Source: Nemertoderma westbladi
Lineage: Eukaryota > Animalia > Xenacoelomorpha
DNA: 43,922 bases
Direction of reading: 5' to 3'
Assembly: GCA_032718475.1 (NCBI GenBank)
Contig: JAUCBJ010001348.1
Span: forward strand, 1-43,922
Shown here: positions 21,225-31,702 of the stretch, piece by piece
Layout: each line of letters opens with the position of its first letter
How positions within the stretch are numbered: position 1 is the first letter of the stretch
Made by a program: the position numbers and the translations under genes
Notes under the pieces: generated by a model
What the model was told of the DNA's origin: nothing
What the model saw: the letters and a program-made list of their open reading frames with translations, nothing else
Database searches by the model: none

Positions 21225-21900
21225 TACGTACCAAGTTTGGCTTAATTTCATCAATGATTGACCTACTTATTCTCGGTTATTTTCAAAAGTCTGAAACTAC
21301 CGGTACCGCCTGACAGATTGTCTCATTTTTGACCAAACTTCAGATGCTTTATAAACCTTTATAGACCACATGTTTACCGAGTTTGGTTTAATTTCATCAA
21401 TGATATAAACCGACTTATTCTTTGCTTTCAAGAATTATGTAAAAGATTCCATTAGCGCGGGTAGGATTCGAACCTACGCGGGATGATCCCATTGTATTTC
21501 TAGTCCAACGCTTTAACCACTCGACCAACATTGCTCGACGTAAAAGGTGCATACTGCCATTTTATGGAGGGTAAACTGTTATTCTGTAATCCCCAATTAA
21601 TTTCAAATTTCGTAAAAGATAGACTTCATGATTCTCTACAAGCAACCAAAATTTCAGCTCTGAAAATGAGGCGTTCCCGAGAAATTTATGACTTTCTTAA
21701 AACACAATCTGTCCTAGTTGACGTTTTTTCTAAACTTTCCCTCTACTATTTAACTACTAAGTTTAGTTCAATTCCGAGCCAGAGATGCCGAAAAATTGCG
21801 TTCAAACATTTCCCAGACACTCAGGCAGACGGACGGACATGCCCCATTTGCCCTATATGAACCGTATGCCAAGACTCGCCGACTACGTGTCTCGCCCCAC
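21225..21900. mobile_element. Helentron/DINE-like non-autonomous interspersed repeat remnant
   Basis: Repeated core ccragtttggyttaatttcatcaatgat at ~21231 and ~21377, related aaatttc/aagttt blocks, and a cagacggacggaca microsatellite at ~21826-21839. Confidence 0.35.
21453..21535 (-). pseudogene. tRNA-Ser(AGA)-derived pseudogene or SINE head
   Basis: The minus strand reads tggtcgagtggttaaagcg-ttggactAGAaatacaa-tgggatcatcccgc-gtaggttcgaatcctac: D arm/A box, AGA anticodon, long variable arm and T arm/B box of eukaryotic tRNA-Ser. The acceptor stem is largely unpaired and the anticodon stem has one mismatch. Confidence 0.85.
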
Positions 21901-22149
21901 ATATCTCCAACCAGACCATGTGAGACAGGGGTGTTGTGGGGGACTTAAGCAAATCCCAACTCGTCTCCACATTAAATTATCAGTTAAGGGAAAAGTGCAG
22001 TTTATATTGCACGTTATTCTAACCAAAACAATAAACCAAAGTCAATTACAAACAACAAATTACAGATTTATTTTTGGGAGTAATCAGCTGTTATTTTCGT
22101 TAATTTCCACCTGGAGAGGGATTAATTTGTCTCATTAGGTGACTCATTA

Positions 22150-22175
22150 CCCCCCCCCCCCCCCCCCCCCCCCCC
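22150..22175. repeat. Poly-C homopolymer
   Basis: Run of about 25 C immediately upstream of the second RTE fragment. Confidence 0.9.
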
Positions 22176-22199
22176 ACCTCCAATACAGCTTAAAACTTG

Positions 22200-22430
22200 T
22201 CCAGCCTGTGTACGATCTTGTGCTTTGACTTGGCTGCCTTGTGACGATAATAAGCATGGTGGACAGCCCATGACTTTCTTGAGACGCCTCATAATAAAGT
22301 ACACTGGCCTTGAAGATGCGGATAATCTCGCGAAAGTCATGGGGGATAGGGAGTCGTGGGCTGTGGCGGCGCAATTTTGTCAACAAGTCAGCATTACATT
22401 CTTAATGCAGAGCTGCAAATGCCGGTAGTA
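22200..22430 (+). mobile_element. Second RTE-clade LINE 3' fragment (uninterrupted paralogue of 19740-20740)
   Basis: Aligns with the first copy: QPVYDLVL*LGC/WLPCDDNKHGGQPMTFLRRL..YTGLEDADNLAKVMGDRESW, plus shared downstream cattcttaatgca. Confidence 0.75.
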
Positions 22431-22667
22431 GTGGTATAAACATGTTCTTCTTACGTAGATACAGGCCGTAATCGTTCAATTTTCGAATAAGATATACATA
22501 TAGTCAGTCATTCATAATTAACGGTTCCATAATTCGTAGTGATTGCACACAGTTGACCAAGTCCTTTCAGTGTGTGTGAAAGTTATAAAATAGTAAATCC
22601 ATTTTTTATAATAATAATAATCGATTTGTTATAACAATAATAAATTTGTTACTCAATTATCGTTTCG

Positions 22668-22673
22668 TTTATT
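22668..22673 (-). promoter_or_regulatory. Candidate polyadenylation signal for the zinc-finger gene
   Basis: AATAAA on the minus strand about 115 nt past the stop codon; the AT-rich context makes a chance occurrence plausible. Confidence 0.35.
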
Positions 22674-22787
22674 CACTGATAACTTATTAGTATATAAACC
22701 GTTTATGATGATATAATATGGCAGATAAAAAAGTTAATTAGCTGCATGCTCCATAATAATACCTGTTGATGGAATGTTATTCACCAA

Positions 22788-25385
22788 CTAGCTACCATAC
22801 TCCCACAGTTGATAGAGTCCCAACTGGGCTACGGTGGATAAATACTCAAGTTCACTGTCGACTGCAACTGAATCCCCTCTTTGATCCCCTAAACTAAACA
22901 TATTATTATTGGGAATATCGATAGCAATGTTGGAGGAATTATGAGATATTCGTTCAGTTGACAAGTCAGCAGGTGTATAGGATGGCAGCAACTCGGCTAG
23001 CGGGGGTGGGGATGCGACAGAGAAGGGTGAAAGAGAGGGTGGAGGCGGGAAATCCGCTACGCAATTGCTATAGGAGTCGGTGATAGGAACAGCGAGGTAC
23101 GTTGACGTTACAGGCGGTTCCGCTGCACACAGAAGATAAGGGATGTGAGAAATATTGAGAGGCGCAGATGGATGGAAGGTTCTTGTAGCGATGCTAGGAT
23201 GATCCGGTAGTGTATAGGAGGAGGCAGCGTGAGGGTAGTTTAGTGGGACATTGATAGGAGCAGATGGATGAGAATCCATTCGAAGTCCCAGAGGGATTGA
23301 CAAGCTGAAATCTGGCAAGTCTAAAGACGAGGAATTTAAAATCTGATTCTGATACAACGGCGGGTAATTAAAGGTACCGGTACCACCTAGTGATCTACTA
23401 CCTATAAAGGTAGAGTCTGTATCTAAAATTACATTTGAGTTGTCGCTATTTATATCCCATGAGGTGATCGTTGACGATGAAGGTGTTATCTGAAACTCAG
23501 TTGTTCGTGGACAATAATTCTTTTTGCGATGGGCTTTAGGCTTTAGATCCTTGATTATCTCTTCAAATCTGCCTTTTTTGGAGCCCCGCGTTCTATATTT
23601 GTGTGCAGGTAGAGGTGGGTTTATAATCTGGTTGTTGCTAACTGACTTCGGGGATTTCTCAATTTGAATTTCATCACCACCAATTTGCGGATCCTTAGAG
23701 ATATTTTTCCCACATTCTGCAACATGTTTGATATAAAAACGTTTGTGGTTGTATTTATGATCGCAATTCGGGCAGGACAATACAAAGGATTTGCGGTGCA
23801 CGCCATCCTCATGGAGCTGCAGAGAGCTCTTACGTGCGAAGCGTCGTTTACATTCCTTACACTTATAAGGTTTACGTTTATAGTGAGTTAGAAGATGTAA
23901 GTTTAATTTATCCTTCCTTGTGAACCGTTTAGTGCAACCATCAATTGTGTAACACGGACATCTGTACCAACTCTTTGGGTCGTGGAGTAACTTATGCCGC
24001 AATAGCTTATCGTTCGTTAGAAACGAACGTTGGCAGTGTTCACAAGAGAATTTCCGCTCATTTGTGTGACGTAATAAGTGTGACTTTAAGTAACGTTTGC
24101 ATTTGAATGCTTTCGTACAAATGTGACACACAAACGGCTGTAAAGTTGAATGAGTCTGCAAGTGCGAACGCAGCAAACGTTCAGAATTAAACGCACGGTG
24201 ACACTGCTGGCATGGATAAGTGTGGGAACTCACGTCCTTGTGGATTCGTAATTTAACCGAAGTATCAAAAGTTGCTTCGCATTTGTGGCATCGAAAATGT
24301 TTCGCCACTTTCTTATTATTCCTATTCAAAACATCGGGAAGATTATGAGATATTTCATGATTCGAAAGATCCGTAAGCTGATTGAATCGCATATTGCAAA
24401 AGCTGCAAGAATAAGTCAGTTCTCTGTTACGTTCATGGCATTGGACATGAATTATAAACTGAAATTTGTCGAAAAATTGAGTAGCACATCCTTCTTTAAT
24501 GCATATGTACAAATGCTTCTTTGCCTGAGTACAATGATGAGATTTCTTCTCTCGAAACGTAGCGAATTTTTTGTTGCAGGTGCTACATTGAAACTTCCAC
24601 TTTTTACTATTATTAGCACTGAATTCGAGATTAAAAATGTCAGGATTGTAAACTGTAGAAGTTCCTTTCTTTAAAACAGTCATATGAGATTCTAGGTGAT
24701 TTATCACGCTAGTCTGCCGACAGAACGCCTTGCCACAAACTACACATCGGTATGGTTTAACTAACATATTATGTGTCCGCAAATGTTTACTAACTTCCTC
24801 CTGTGATGCTTCGATTACTTGAGTAGGCCTACAGTAAACGCACTTTAAAGTCTTGGAAACTACATTGTCATTGATACATGTTGAACCGGGTACACAATTG
24901 TCACTAGTAGAACATTGGGAATTGCGAACACAGTTGTTGGTTGAATTAACGGTAATTTGGGAGGTGGGAGAAGAGTTCGAATGACATTTAGAAACATTTC
25001 CTGGGGAATCCTGATAAATTTCGCTGTTACCGGTATCCAATAGTTGGTTCGATGTCGCATAAGAAGCATCGACAGTTGTATTGGCAACATCAGCCAGTGC
25101 CGAGCAAGTTTTTGAAATTTCCTTGTGGGACAAAAATTCAGAAAGAGATGTAAAAGATTGGTGACATTGGCCGCACGTATATATATCGTGATCTGAACCC
25201 ATGGGAATACGAAATATTTCTTCAGACTCTCTGTCTCCTTGGATATCCTCATTTCCATAATCGTCCCGATGGACACATTCGCGAGAGCTCGGGTTGGTTA
25301 CATGTATCGGCCTATTTGAGTTGTCCAAAGAAAATAAAAGTCCAGATCTTTCCAAATTAGAAACAACAATATTATTAATATCCAT
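22788..25385 (-). CDS. ZNF341: ZNF341-like C2H2 zinc-finger transcription factor, single-exon ORF (~865 aa from the first ATG)
   Basis: Isolated N-terminal finger DIYTCGQCHQSFTSLSEFLSHK. The finger array has ZNF341-type atypical fingers (YICIKEGCATQF; HKDVSSHTYPCQQCHRAFNSERLLRSHL; DKLLRHKLLHDP..YRCPCYTIDGCTKRFTRKDKL) and is followed by a Pro/Ser-rich tail. The first in-frame ATG is at 25385; the ORF-track start at 25454 is TTG. Confidence 0.85.
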   Translation of the reverse strand: MDINNIVVSNLERSGLLFSLDNSNRPIHVTNPSSRECVHRDDYGNEDIQGDRESEEIFRIPMGSDHDIYTCGQCHQSFTSLSEFLSHKEISKTCSALADVANTTVDASYATSNQLLDTGNSEIYQDSPGNVSKCHSNSSPTSQITVNSTNNCVRNSQCSTSDNCVPGSTCINDNVVSKTLKCVYCRPTQVIEASQEEVSKHLRTHNMLVKPYRCVVCGKAFCRQTSVINHLESHMTVLKKGTSTVYNPDIFNLEFSANNSKKWKFQCSTCNKKFATFREKKSHHCTQAKKHLYICIKEGCATQFFDKFQFIIHVQCHERNRELTYSCSFCNMRFNQLTDLSNHEISHNLPDVLNRNNKKVAKHFRCHKCEATFDTSVKLRIHKDVSSHTYPCQQCHRAFNSERLLRSHLQTHSTLQPFVCHICTKAFKCKRYLKSHLLRHTNERKFSCEHCQRSFLTNDKLLRHKLLHDPKSWYRCPCYTIDGCTKRFTRKDKLNLHLLTHYKRKPYKCKECKRRFARKSSLQLHEDGVHRKSFVLSCPNCDHKYNHKRFYIKHVAECGKNISKDPQIGGDEIQIEKSPKSVSNNQIINPPLPAHKYRTRGSKKGRFEEIIKDLKPKAHRKKNYCPRTTEFQITPSSSTITSWDINSDNSNVILDTDSTFIGSRSLGGTGTFNYPPLYQNQILNSSSLDLPDFSLSIPLGLRMDSHPSAPINVPLNYPHAASSYTLPDHPSIATRTFHPSAPLNISHIPYLLCAAEPPVTSTYLAVPITDSYSNCVADFPPPPSLSPFSVASPPPLAELLPSYTPADLSTERISHNSSNIAIDIPNNNMFSLGDQRGDSVAVDSELEYLSTVAQLGLYQLWEYGS

Positions 25386-25825
25386 ATCGTCACCATAAAA
25401 TACAGAAATCAAATATGAACAATAGCTCAACAATAGGAATAGCCTACATGTCAAGGATGCCTACATGCCAGGTTATATCATATGCAGTATACGACAGTAC
25501 GAATCTCGCTGGACTACCTACAGACCTATCAGCCTATCGGCAGATCGGTAACCTGCCACACCACATCCCCTACCAGCCTAGAAGAACAGAAGAACCATAT
25601 TAGCATATCGGTAGCGGTAGGCTAACCTAACTATTGTAGTAACATAAACTAAAGCTAAACCAAAAACGTATCTAAAACTATGTTACTGCGGGCCAAGGCC
25701 CCAGTCGGGTAAAAATTTCGGAAATAATTTCTAATTCAGTAATTTGTGTCATTGCAGGGCCGGGCCCTCTTTTATACTTTATAATACTCGCTGGTTACAA
25801 TCAGACAATACAGCAATATTAGCGG

Positions 25826-26146
25826 GACGACCCGAACCCTAATTTAAAACCAGACAAATCACACCAAATCACAAACCAAATCACAAAAAATATTCCCAAA
25901 ACCAAATCACACGGAATGATACACCTAATTCACACCAAATCACAACAATTCACACTAAATCACAAAAAAAATTTGAAAAGTAAAGGAGCAGGTGTAAAGG
26001 ACAGTGGTAGCCAAAATGAACCAAAACAATAAACAATTTGAAAAAATAAAAATTATAATTTTTTGTGTGATTTGGTGTTATTTGGTGTGATTTGTTGTGA
26101 TTTGGTGTGATTTGTTATGATTTGGTCAATTTTGTAGACGGGCCGT
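25826..26146. mobile_element. Fold-back/MITE-like element made of inverted CCAAATCACA arrays
   Basis: Multiple (c)caaatcaca units at 25853-25964 face multiple tgtgatttgg units at 26065-26128. Degenerate outer ends acgacccg / cgggccgt. Confidence 0.65.
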
Positions 26147-26319
26147 TACAGTACTGCAGTAAGTTGTAATCTTAGAAATTAGAGGGATTTCGGACATAGT
26201 ACACCAGTCCTGCAGTCAGCCAGTACAGCAGTAGCCAATACAGGAGTACACTAACGGGTTTTACTTTTCAACGTATGCCGTGCGTATCCACGTACGTATG
26301 TGCGTACGTATCCACGTAT

Positions 26320-26625
26320 CTATACATTATATTGAGCGATTTGACATACTTGTATGCATACGCGTAGTCGAATATTGTTTCCTGATTTAGTACTGGCTGA
26401 ACAAAAAATATCAAAATCGGATGACGGAACTGAAAAAAATGGAAATATTTCAAGAGAACAAAAATTACAAAATAAATTTGAGGGTCTGGACATAACTTCC
26501 CGCAGGGTGAGATACGTTCCACATTGGTAGTGATAGTAGTTGCAGCATATTGCACACCGGACAGATTGGTTTGAATAAACAAAAGGGGAGAAACAAAACG
26601 CACAAGAGGAATGGGATTCGGGCAT
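26320..26625 (-). mobile_element. N-terminus of LINE ORF2 (PHD finger), truncated
   Basis: C-x2-C...C-x2-C-x4-H-x2-C...C-x2-C (C4HC3) followed by EIFPF, as seen at the ORF2 start of some CR1/L2-group (Crack/Daphne-like) LINEs. It lies 380 bp downstream of ORF1 on the same strand; no endonuclease or RT follows. Confidence 0.7.
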
Positions 26626-27004
26626 AAAAAATAAAGACTGGTTAAATTTAAGTAAACAGAAAGCACCAAATTGTTAAGCTAGCTCCACTGATTGTACTGT
26701 ACCATACGCTGCCCCTGCCGCCTGCATTTTCAAGGAATCATTGATTTAATAGATATGTAAACCTAACTATGGCCAACATAGCGTATCTAGCCAAGTTATA
26801 TTATATATTGCCTACACCTTCACCATTGCATCACCGCAGTGTAATACTGTATATACAGGTATATACTGGACCCCCTTGAAGGGAGAAATATTTGATGAAT
26901 GAACGTTTAATTAAAAATGACTAATTACTTGGGTTATGTTACTAGTAGGCCGACCCAATAATCCGTGGGATACAGAAATTTCAACGAGAAGAAACCTTTG
27001 GTTC

Positions 27005-27745
27005 TTAGGGAGAACTGTCAGTGGTGGAGTTTAGGCACCGATGGGCAAATCCCACAGTGGCTGCAAGATTTGCTATGTCGATGGATTGTCGAATAGGAAT
27101 TACTTCACTTTCGTTGCCGATCTTGGCGACTACAACTCCATTGCGGGTATATGCGGAATGGATTTTTTTGGCTGACTTCATCTGCTTCAATTCGCGAAGT
27201 AAACTTGCACGGAAGGAGGTTAGATGTTCGGTCACGTAAACGCCGGCTGGAAGGTTATTCTTGTTTTTCAAAACGGATAATCGTGTACGACGTGCAACAA
27301 AGCGAATGAGCAGAGGACGGGGACGAATTTTCGCTGGACGGCCGTTGATGTGTTTATCATGAAGCTGTTTACCTGGAAGACGGTGCATGATGTCAATATC
27401 TGACTCGGATATATCGAAGGAATTTAGGATTTCCGATTCTGGTAGATCGGCAACTCCATGGAATAGCAGATTGTAAGATTTCGAGTATTGTTCTTGGTCG
27501 TCGATCCGTACGTTTAAAGCAGTACATTTTTCATTGACTTTAACAAGTTGATTCTCCAAGTCCTCTTGTTTGCGTTGAAGGCTGGCAATTATTACATTGC
27601 CCTGTTTGATGTCAGCAATATCGGCTTTCATTTTGTCCATGTCTGAGGATAACTTCCTTATGAGGTAGTTTATTTCGTCGGTTTCACAGGAATCGAGTTC
27701 GGTAACGCTGGACCTAGTCGAACCGGAAGTCCTTTTAGTCGGCAT
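27005..27745 (-). CDS. LINE ORF1p-like protein (coiled coil + RRM + CTD; Transposase_22/L1TD1-like), 246 aa
   Basis: Heptad-rich N-terminal half, then DDQEQYSKSYNLLFHGV, IDIMHRL, PRPLLIRF, VYVTEHLT and AYTRNGVV, the hallmark motifs of L1-type ORF1 in CR1/L2-group elements. Confidence 0.85.
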   Translation of the reverse strand: MPTKRTSGSTRSSVTELDSCETDEINYLIRKLSSDMDKMKADIADIKQGNVIIASLQRKQEDLENQLVKVNEKCTALNVRIDDQEQYSKSYNLLFHGVADLPESEILNSFDISESDIDIMHRLPGKQLHDKHINGRPAKIRPRPLLIRFVARRTRLSVLKNKNNLPAGVYVTEHLTSFRASLLRELKQMKSAKKIHSAYTRNGVVVAKIGNESEVIPIRQSIDIANLAATVGFAHRCLNSTTDSSP

Positions 27746-28007
27746 GGTGTTGTGACTGTGACACGACCTGAGTACTGAACCTAGCAGCGTAGTAGTAGCC
27801 TCCTAGTCCGATCCAATGCTTAATACTGTAGGCTATTGGTTGATGCTGTGAGGGTGAGCGGTAGCTTCAGCCGGAAGCGCGAAGTTCTGAAGTTAGTTGG
27901 ATATTAGATAGGCTTAAATTAGGGCAGTAGTGCATGCAGACAGCAGCAGGGCAGTGCTACCGGTACTATGCTAGCACAGGCATTACGGTACACCGAAGTA
28001 CTTCGTG

Positions 28008-28103
28008 TCTGTGCACCGAAGTAGTGCAGTTCATACAAAACGAGGTGAGTAGACCCGCTCTGTGCACCGAAGTAGTGCACTTCATACAAAACGAGGTGAA
28101 TAG
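28008..28103 (+). repeat. 51-bp tandem repeat, ~2 copies, abutting the duplication breakpoint
   Basis: tctgtgcaccgaagtagtgca(g/c)ttcatacaaaacgaggtga(g/a)tag starts at 28008 and 28059. Confidence 0.85.
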
Positions 28104-28104
28104 G

Positions 28105-31100
28105 GTCGCGAATAATTATTGGACTTCTTATAGGTCAATTAGCCGCAGTGATACATCTAGTGTAATAACGTGGGTAATTTGGAAGGAACTTCAACCCGAT
28201 ATGGTAAACATTTCTGGGACTCATGTAAACTCAACTATTGCTCATCTGTCTACAAACGTGACCCCTCCAATTATCCCTTCAAAAACAACATCTAATACTG
28301 CCAGAATGCTTCGTCTTCTTTCGCTATATTTCGTATATCACCCCCAACTTCACTCGTTTGGGAAAGATGCCGCATCCCGAATATTATTATCTCTCTCTCT
28401 CGTCTCATCTCTTGTATTGGAATTATTCCTACTGATTTTGATTCTGAGAAGTGTGAACGCATAGATAAATATTCAGAAACCCGAGAACGACGCGTGGAAT
28501 TGACCATAACTAAAATCTATATAGACGACTAATGTATTACTTTGAAATAAACTGAAAAATGTTTTTAAATATATTAAGAACTAAAAATTATTCCAGAATA
28601 TTTTGTTTCCCTAGTGCAACATCATTACTATTGACGTTTTGATAAAATAGAAGATTAATTCGGAAATATATTTGGAAAATAATATATTATTATATATATT
28701 ATATTTGGAAATATAATTGGTGTAGCAATCTGCTAATATGGTGTTATATTCAACATAATTCGTGCTAAATCATCATCATATGACTGAAAACAGCAGTCAT
28801 GGGAAAAGATGATATAAATAGTCCAGAAGCCGTTCAAATGATCCATAAGGTCTTCTATATAGATGAAGGAATGAGCTCTGATAACACAGAGGTGGATATA
28901 ATTAGTCTAGCACAAGAATTTGAAACTAACAAACTTTTATCAAGCTGCCAACAATTCCTGGTATAGAGGGTGGTTGGTAAAGTTCCGAGAGCAAAATCAG
29001 TTTTGTTTATTCTCTGAATTTATTATTACAAATATATTTGGATCCATAATAACGGGTTACTAAAGGCACTGAAAGTATGAATTGTATTGCTCTAGTAAGC
29101 CCTGTTCTGTTGGGATAGTTCTAAATTAGGATAACTTGTGAAGGTTTTTAAGAGTTTCTCATCTCAACAAAATCATTCCTGGGAAAATTCGTTTTAGCCC
29201 TTTATATTTATATTGCGACATTACCGTACTTGTACTACACACGAGCTACACACACGAAATATCTCGAAAACTATAAACAAGTTATGGAAAACTAGTTTCT
29301 AGATTTAAACTTTTGGCTCAAATTCGACTACACCCACCACCGCTAATTAACCCTATTTAATCCACTAACAGCTATCAATCAAGAAGAAAGGATTATAAAC
29401 TATAATACGAAATAGCTGAAGGTTTTCATTTCAGAAATTTCTGAAATATTTAATTTGAGCTCTCTAGCAGAGACTAGACTTCAGAGCTGCAGATGGATTG
29501 GCATCTCCTCAAAGATGCGTTCTATGGACGGTCAGTACATAGGTGTTATGCAAGATGGCTAGTGACTGCAAGTATTTATCTGACAAGTTTCCTCATGAAT
29601 TAATTATATATATCAAAATGGGGGATGAATTTCACTTTCAGACATTTTGCCCTTTAGTGGCAGACTGGAGAACTGCAGAGTACATGATCGAGTACAAATC
29701 TATCAAGTTTCAGCTTGACGGATTAAAAGCAAAAAAATGGGTGGATATTTCCTGTTTAGACATGTAGCCCGCCAGCTTGAGACTGTTGAACTGATAGTGA
29801 CTGAAAGTATCCAAAACATTATCATCTTTGGGTCTTATTGATGACTACAAATTTTCAACTCGGCAGCTTTAAATCCGACAAAGTTATTTGCATGTCAATA
29901 TTGTAACGACAATGACGACAAAAATTACCAAATTTTAGGCTACCTATTGTACTGGTAACTAACATTCAATAGGTAGGCCCAAGATTTTCATTTCAATATA
30001 TTGTTTTCATATAATTAATTAATATGAATATTATGATAATAGCGAATGAAAAAAAATGCCATAGTTATTAATATCACTTCTATAATTAATTAATCAATAT
30101 ACCCCTAAGAACTACCTCAGAGGCACAATTCGATCAGTCTTATTTTATTTAGTATCTAGGGAGTTATACCCCACCAATCCTTTTGGTATTCCTTCATGAT
30201 TAATTTAATACCTACCAACAAGCAACAATTATTTAATAGTGGAGAGCAGGTGCGATTTTGGAGGTCTGACAAGTCTTACATTGTTTTTTAGTTCTTTTCA
30301 ATCAAATTTATAAGTTCTGACAATGAACGTTTGTTCAGAGTGACTGCTAAATGCAATAATTGACATTCAATAGGTAACCTACACCTACACTACACTACAT
30401 ACAAGTTAATTAAATTCAGTTGATGCTAATAGGAATTGTTATTGCCATTATAACAGAAGCGACTGATCCGATTATATTATTTGCCCAACTTGAAGTCGTT
30501 GTTTCAGCTGTTGTTGTTGAAGGATCTCTTGTGCTTGTAACTGGTTGTGGTGAAGTTGTAACCGTATCAAAAACAGAATTATTCCAATCCACGGTCCCAT
30601 TTGGATACAGATAGTTGTGCTCCCAAACCCTATCTCCTCCTACTTTGCTGCAAGTGTCTGTTCCATTGCAGCATAATGTCTGACAACTAGGCTGTCTCAG
30701 TTGGACTCTGTCCTCTTCATCTTCATTCTTCTTCCACTCATTCCAGAATACCTGGCAATCATCTTCATTGATGAAATCCCTACAGGGATCATCCATCCAG
30801 CATAGCTCTCTTCTGGAGTACATCAAAGCTTTGAAATCTTCATTGTTTAAAGAGAATATTCCTGGTAATTGCAGGAATAAGAGCCGGCAGGATGAACATT
30901 CACTTTTACTGACACCTGGTCGTTCTTCGTACCAAGGTGTATCCGCTATCACATCAGGTCGAACTGACTTGTATGTTATCAAGGTGTGGCCATCCATACA
31001 AGTAATAGCTGATATTTCCATAACTTTATTTGTCACTATAGAAAGTGCGACCAATAGCATTTTCGCAAACTCTACTTCCATAATATGTATGATGTGCGAT

Positions 31101-31702
31101 TAATATTAGATATTCAGTATATTTATTTTAAATTATTATTTAAAAGTTATTATTAAATAGAAACTCTGCTGCCTTTTGTAGCAAAAGTCTTAACAATTCA
31201 TTAAGTTTTGAAAATTTTTGCCCAATAAGAGTCCTTAAAACCAAGACATAGATTAATTGTTTCAGGTACTTTTAGCCATTGTATGTTTAGGTTGTGGGTA
31301 AATATGCCTCATATCCTAATACTCGATAATACAAACTACACTAGAGTAAACGTGAAGCAGGAAGCAATACAATGTAGTACAAATCGATGAGTATGCGATT
31401 GTAAGCAATTACATTCCACTTCTCTCATCAGTAGGTGGGCAGTGGGTGGATCGGATATGGGATGTGGTAGTAATAATATGTTGGCAATATGCTGAGAAGA
31501 TTGGTATATGATTTGCAAATGTAAATAATTATATCTTTTTGCAGGATAAAATACAGGAGAAGTTATATCCACTTGATAATCATCTTATTATATATTATAT
31601 TTCTGGAAACAGGAGACCTTAGCGAGCATGGTATTCTTTTCAAGGGCCCAAGTTTTGTATTTAAGTTTCAAATCATCATAAGTCAGGATCACGGACTTCT
31701 TT
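28105..31702 (+). repeat. Segmental duplication, copy 1 (right boundary not determinable)
   Basis: Near-identical to 40311-43922 from gtcgcgaataattattgg onward. The offset drifts from 12206 to 12220 through a few small indels. Confidence 0.97.
30416..31081 (-). CDS. Putative GPI-anchored Cys-rich surface glycoprotein, Ly6/uPAR three-finger-like, 221 aa
   Basis: N-terminal hydrophobic signal ending ..SA|ITC, 10 Cys ending in CCNGTDTCS (cf. CCxxDxCN), N-glycosylation sequons (NGT x2, NNS), a Thr/Ser/Pro stalk, and a C-terminal hydrophobic tail with no cytoplasmic segment. Confidence 0.7.
   Translation of the reverse strand: MEVEFAKMLLVALSIVTNKVMEISAITCMDGHTLITYKSVRPDVIADTPWYEERPGVSKSECSSCRLLFLQLPGIFSLNNEDFKALMYSRRELCWMDDPCRDFINEDDCQVFWNEWKKNEDEEDRVQLRQPSCQTLCCNGTDTCSKVGGDRVWEHNYLYPNGTVDWNNSVFDTVTTSPQPVTSTRDPSTTTAETTTSSWANNIIGSVASVIMAITIPISIN

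Noticed and set aside
21453-21535. Functional tRNA-Ser gene
   Set aside because: The acceptor stem has several mismatches and the anticodon stem has a G-A mismatch.
25386-25454. N-terminal hydrophobic 'signal peptide' on the zinc-finger ORF
   Set aside because: It depends on a TTG start; the first ATG is at 25385, and a nuclear factor is not expected to carry a signal peptide.
27934-28464. 176-aa ORF with a hydrophobic C-terminus as a membrane-protein gene
   Set aside because: It spans a tandem repeat and the duplication breakpoint, the hydrophobic part derives from a CT microsatellite, and the frame differs in copy 2.
29543-29767. Short ORF (and 41761-42060) as a host gene
   Set aside because: GTG start and frameshifted between copies. 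GDEFHFQTFCP resembles a LINE C-terminal Cys/His motif, so it is more likely retroelement debris, but too weak to annotate.
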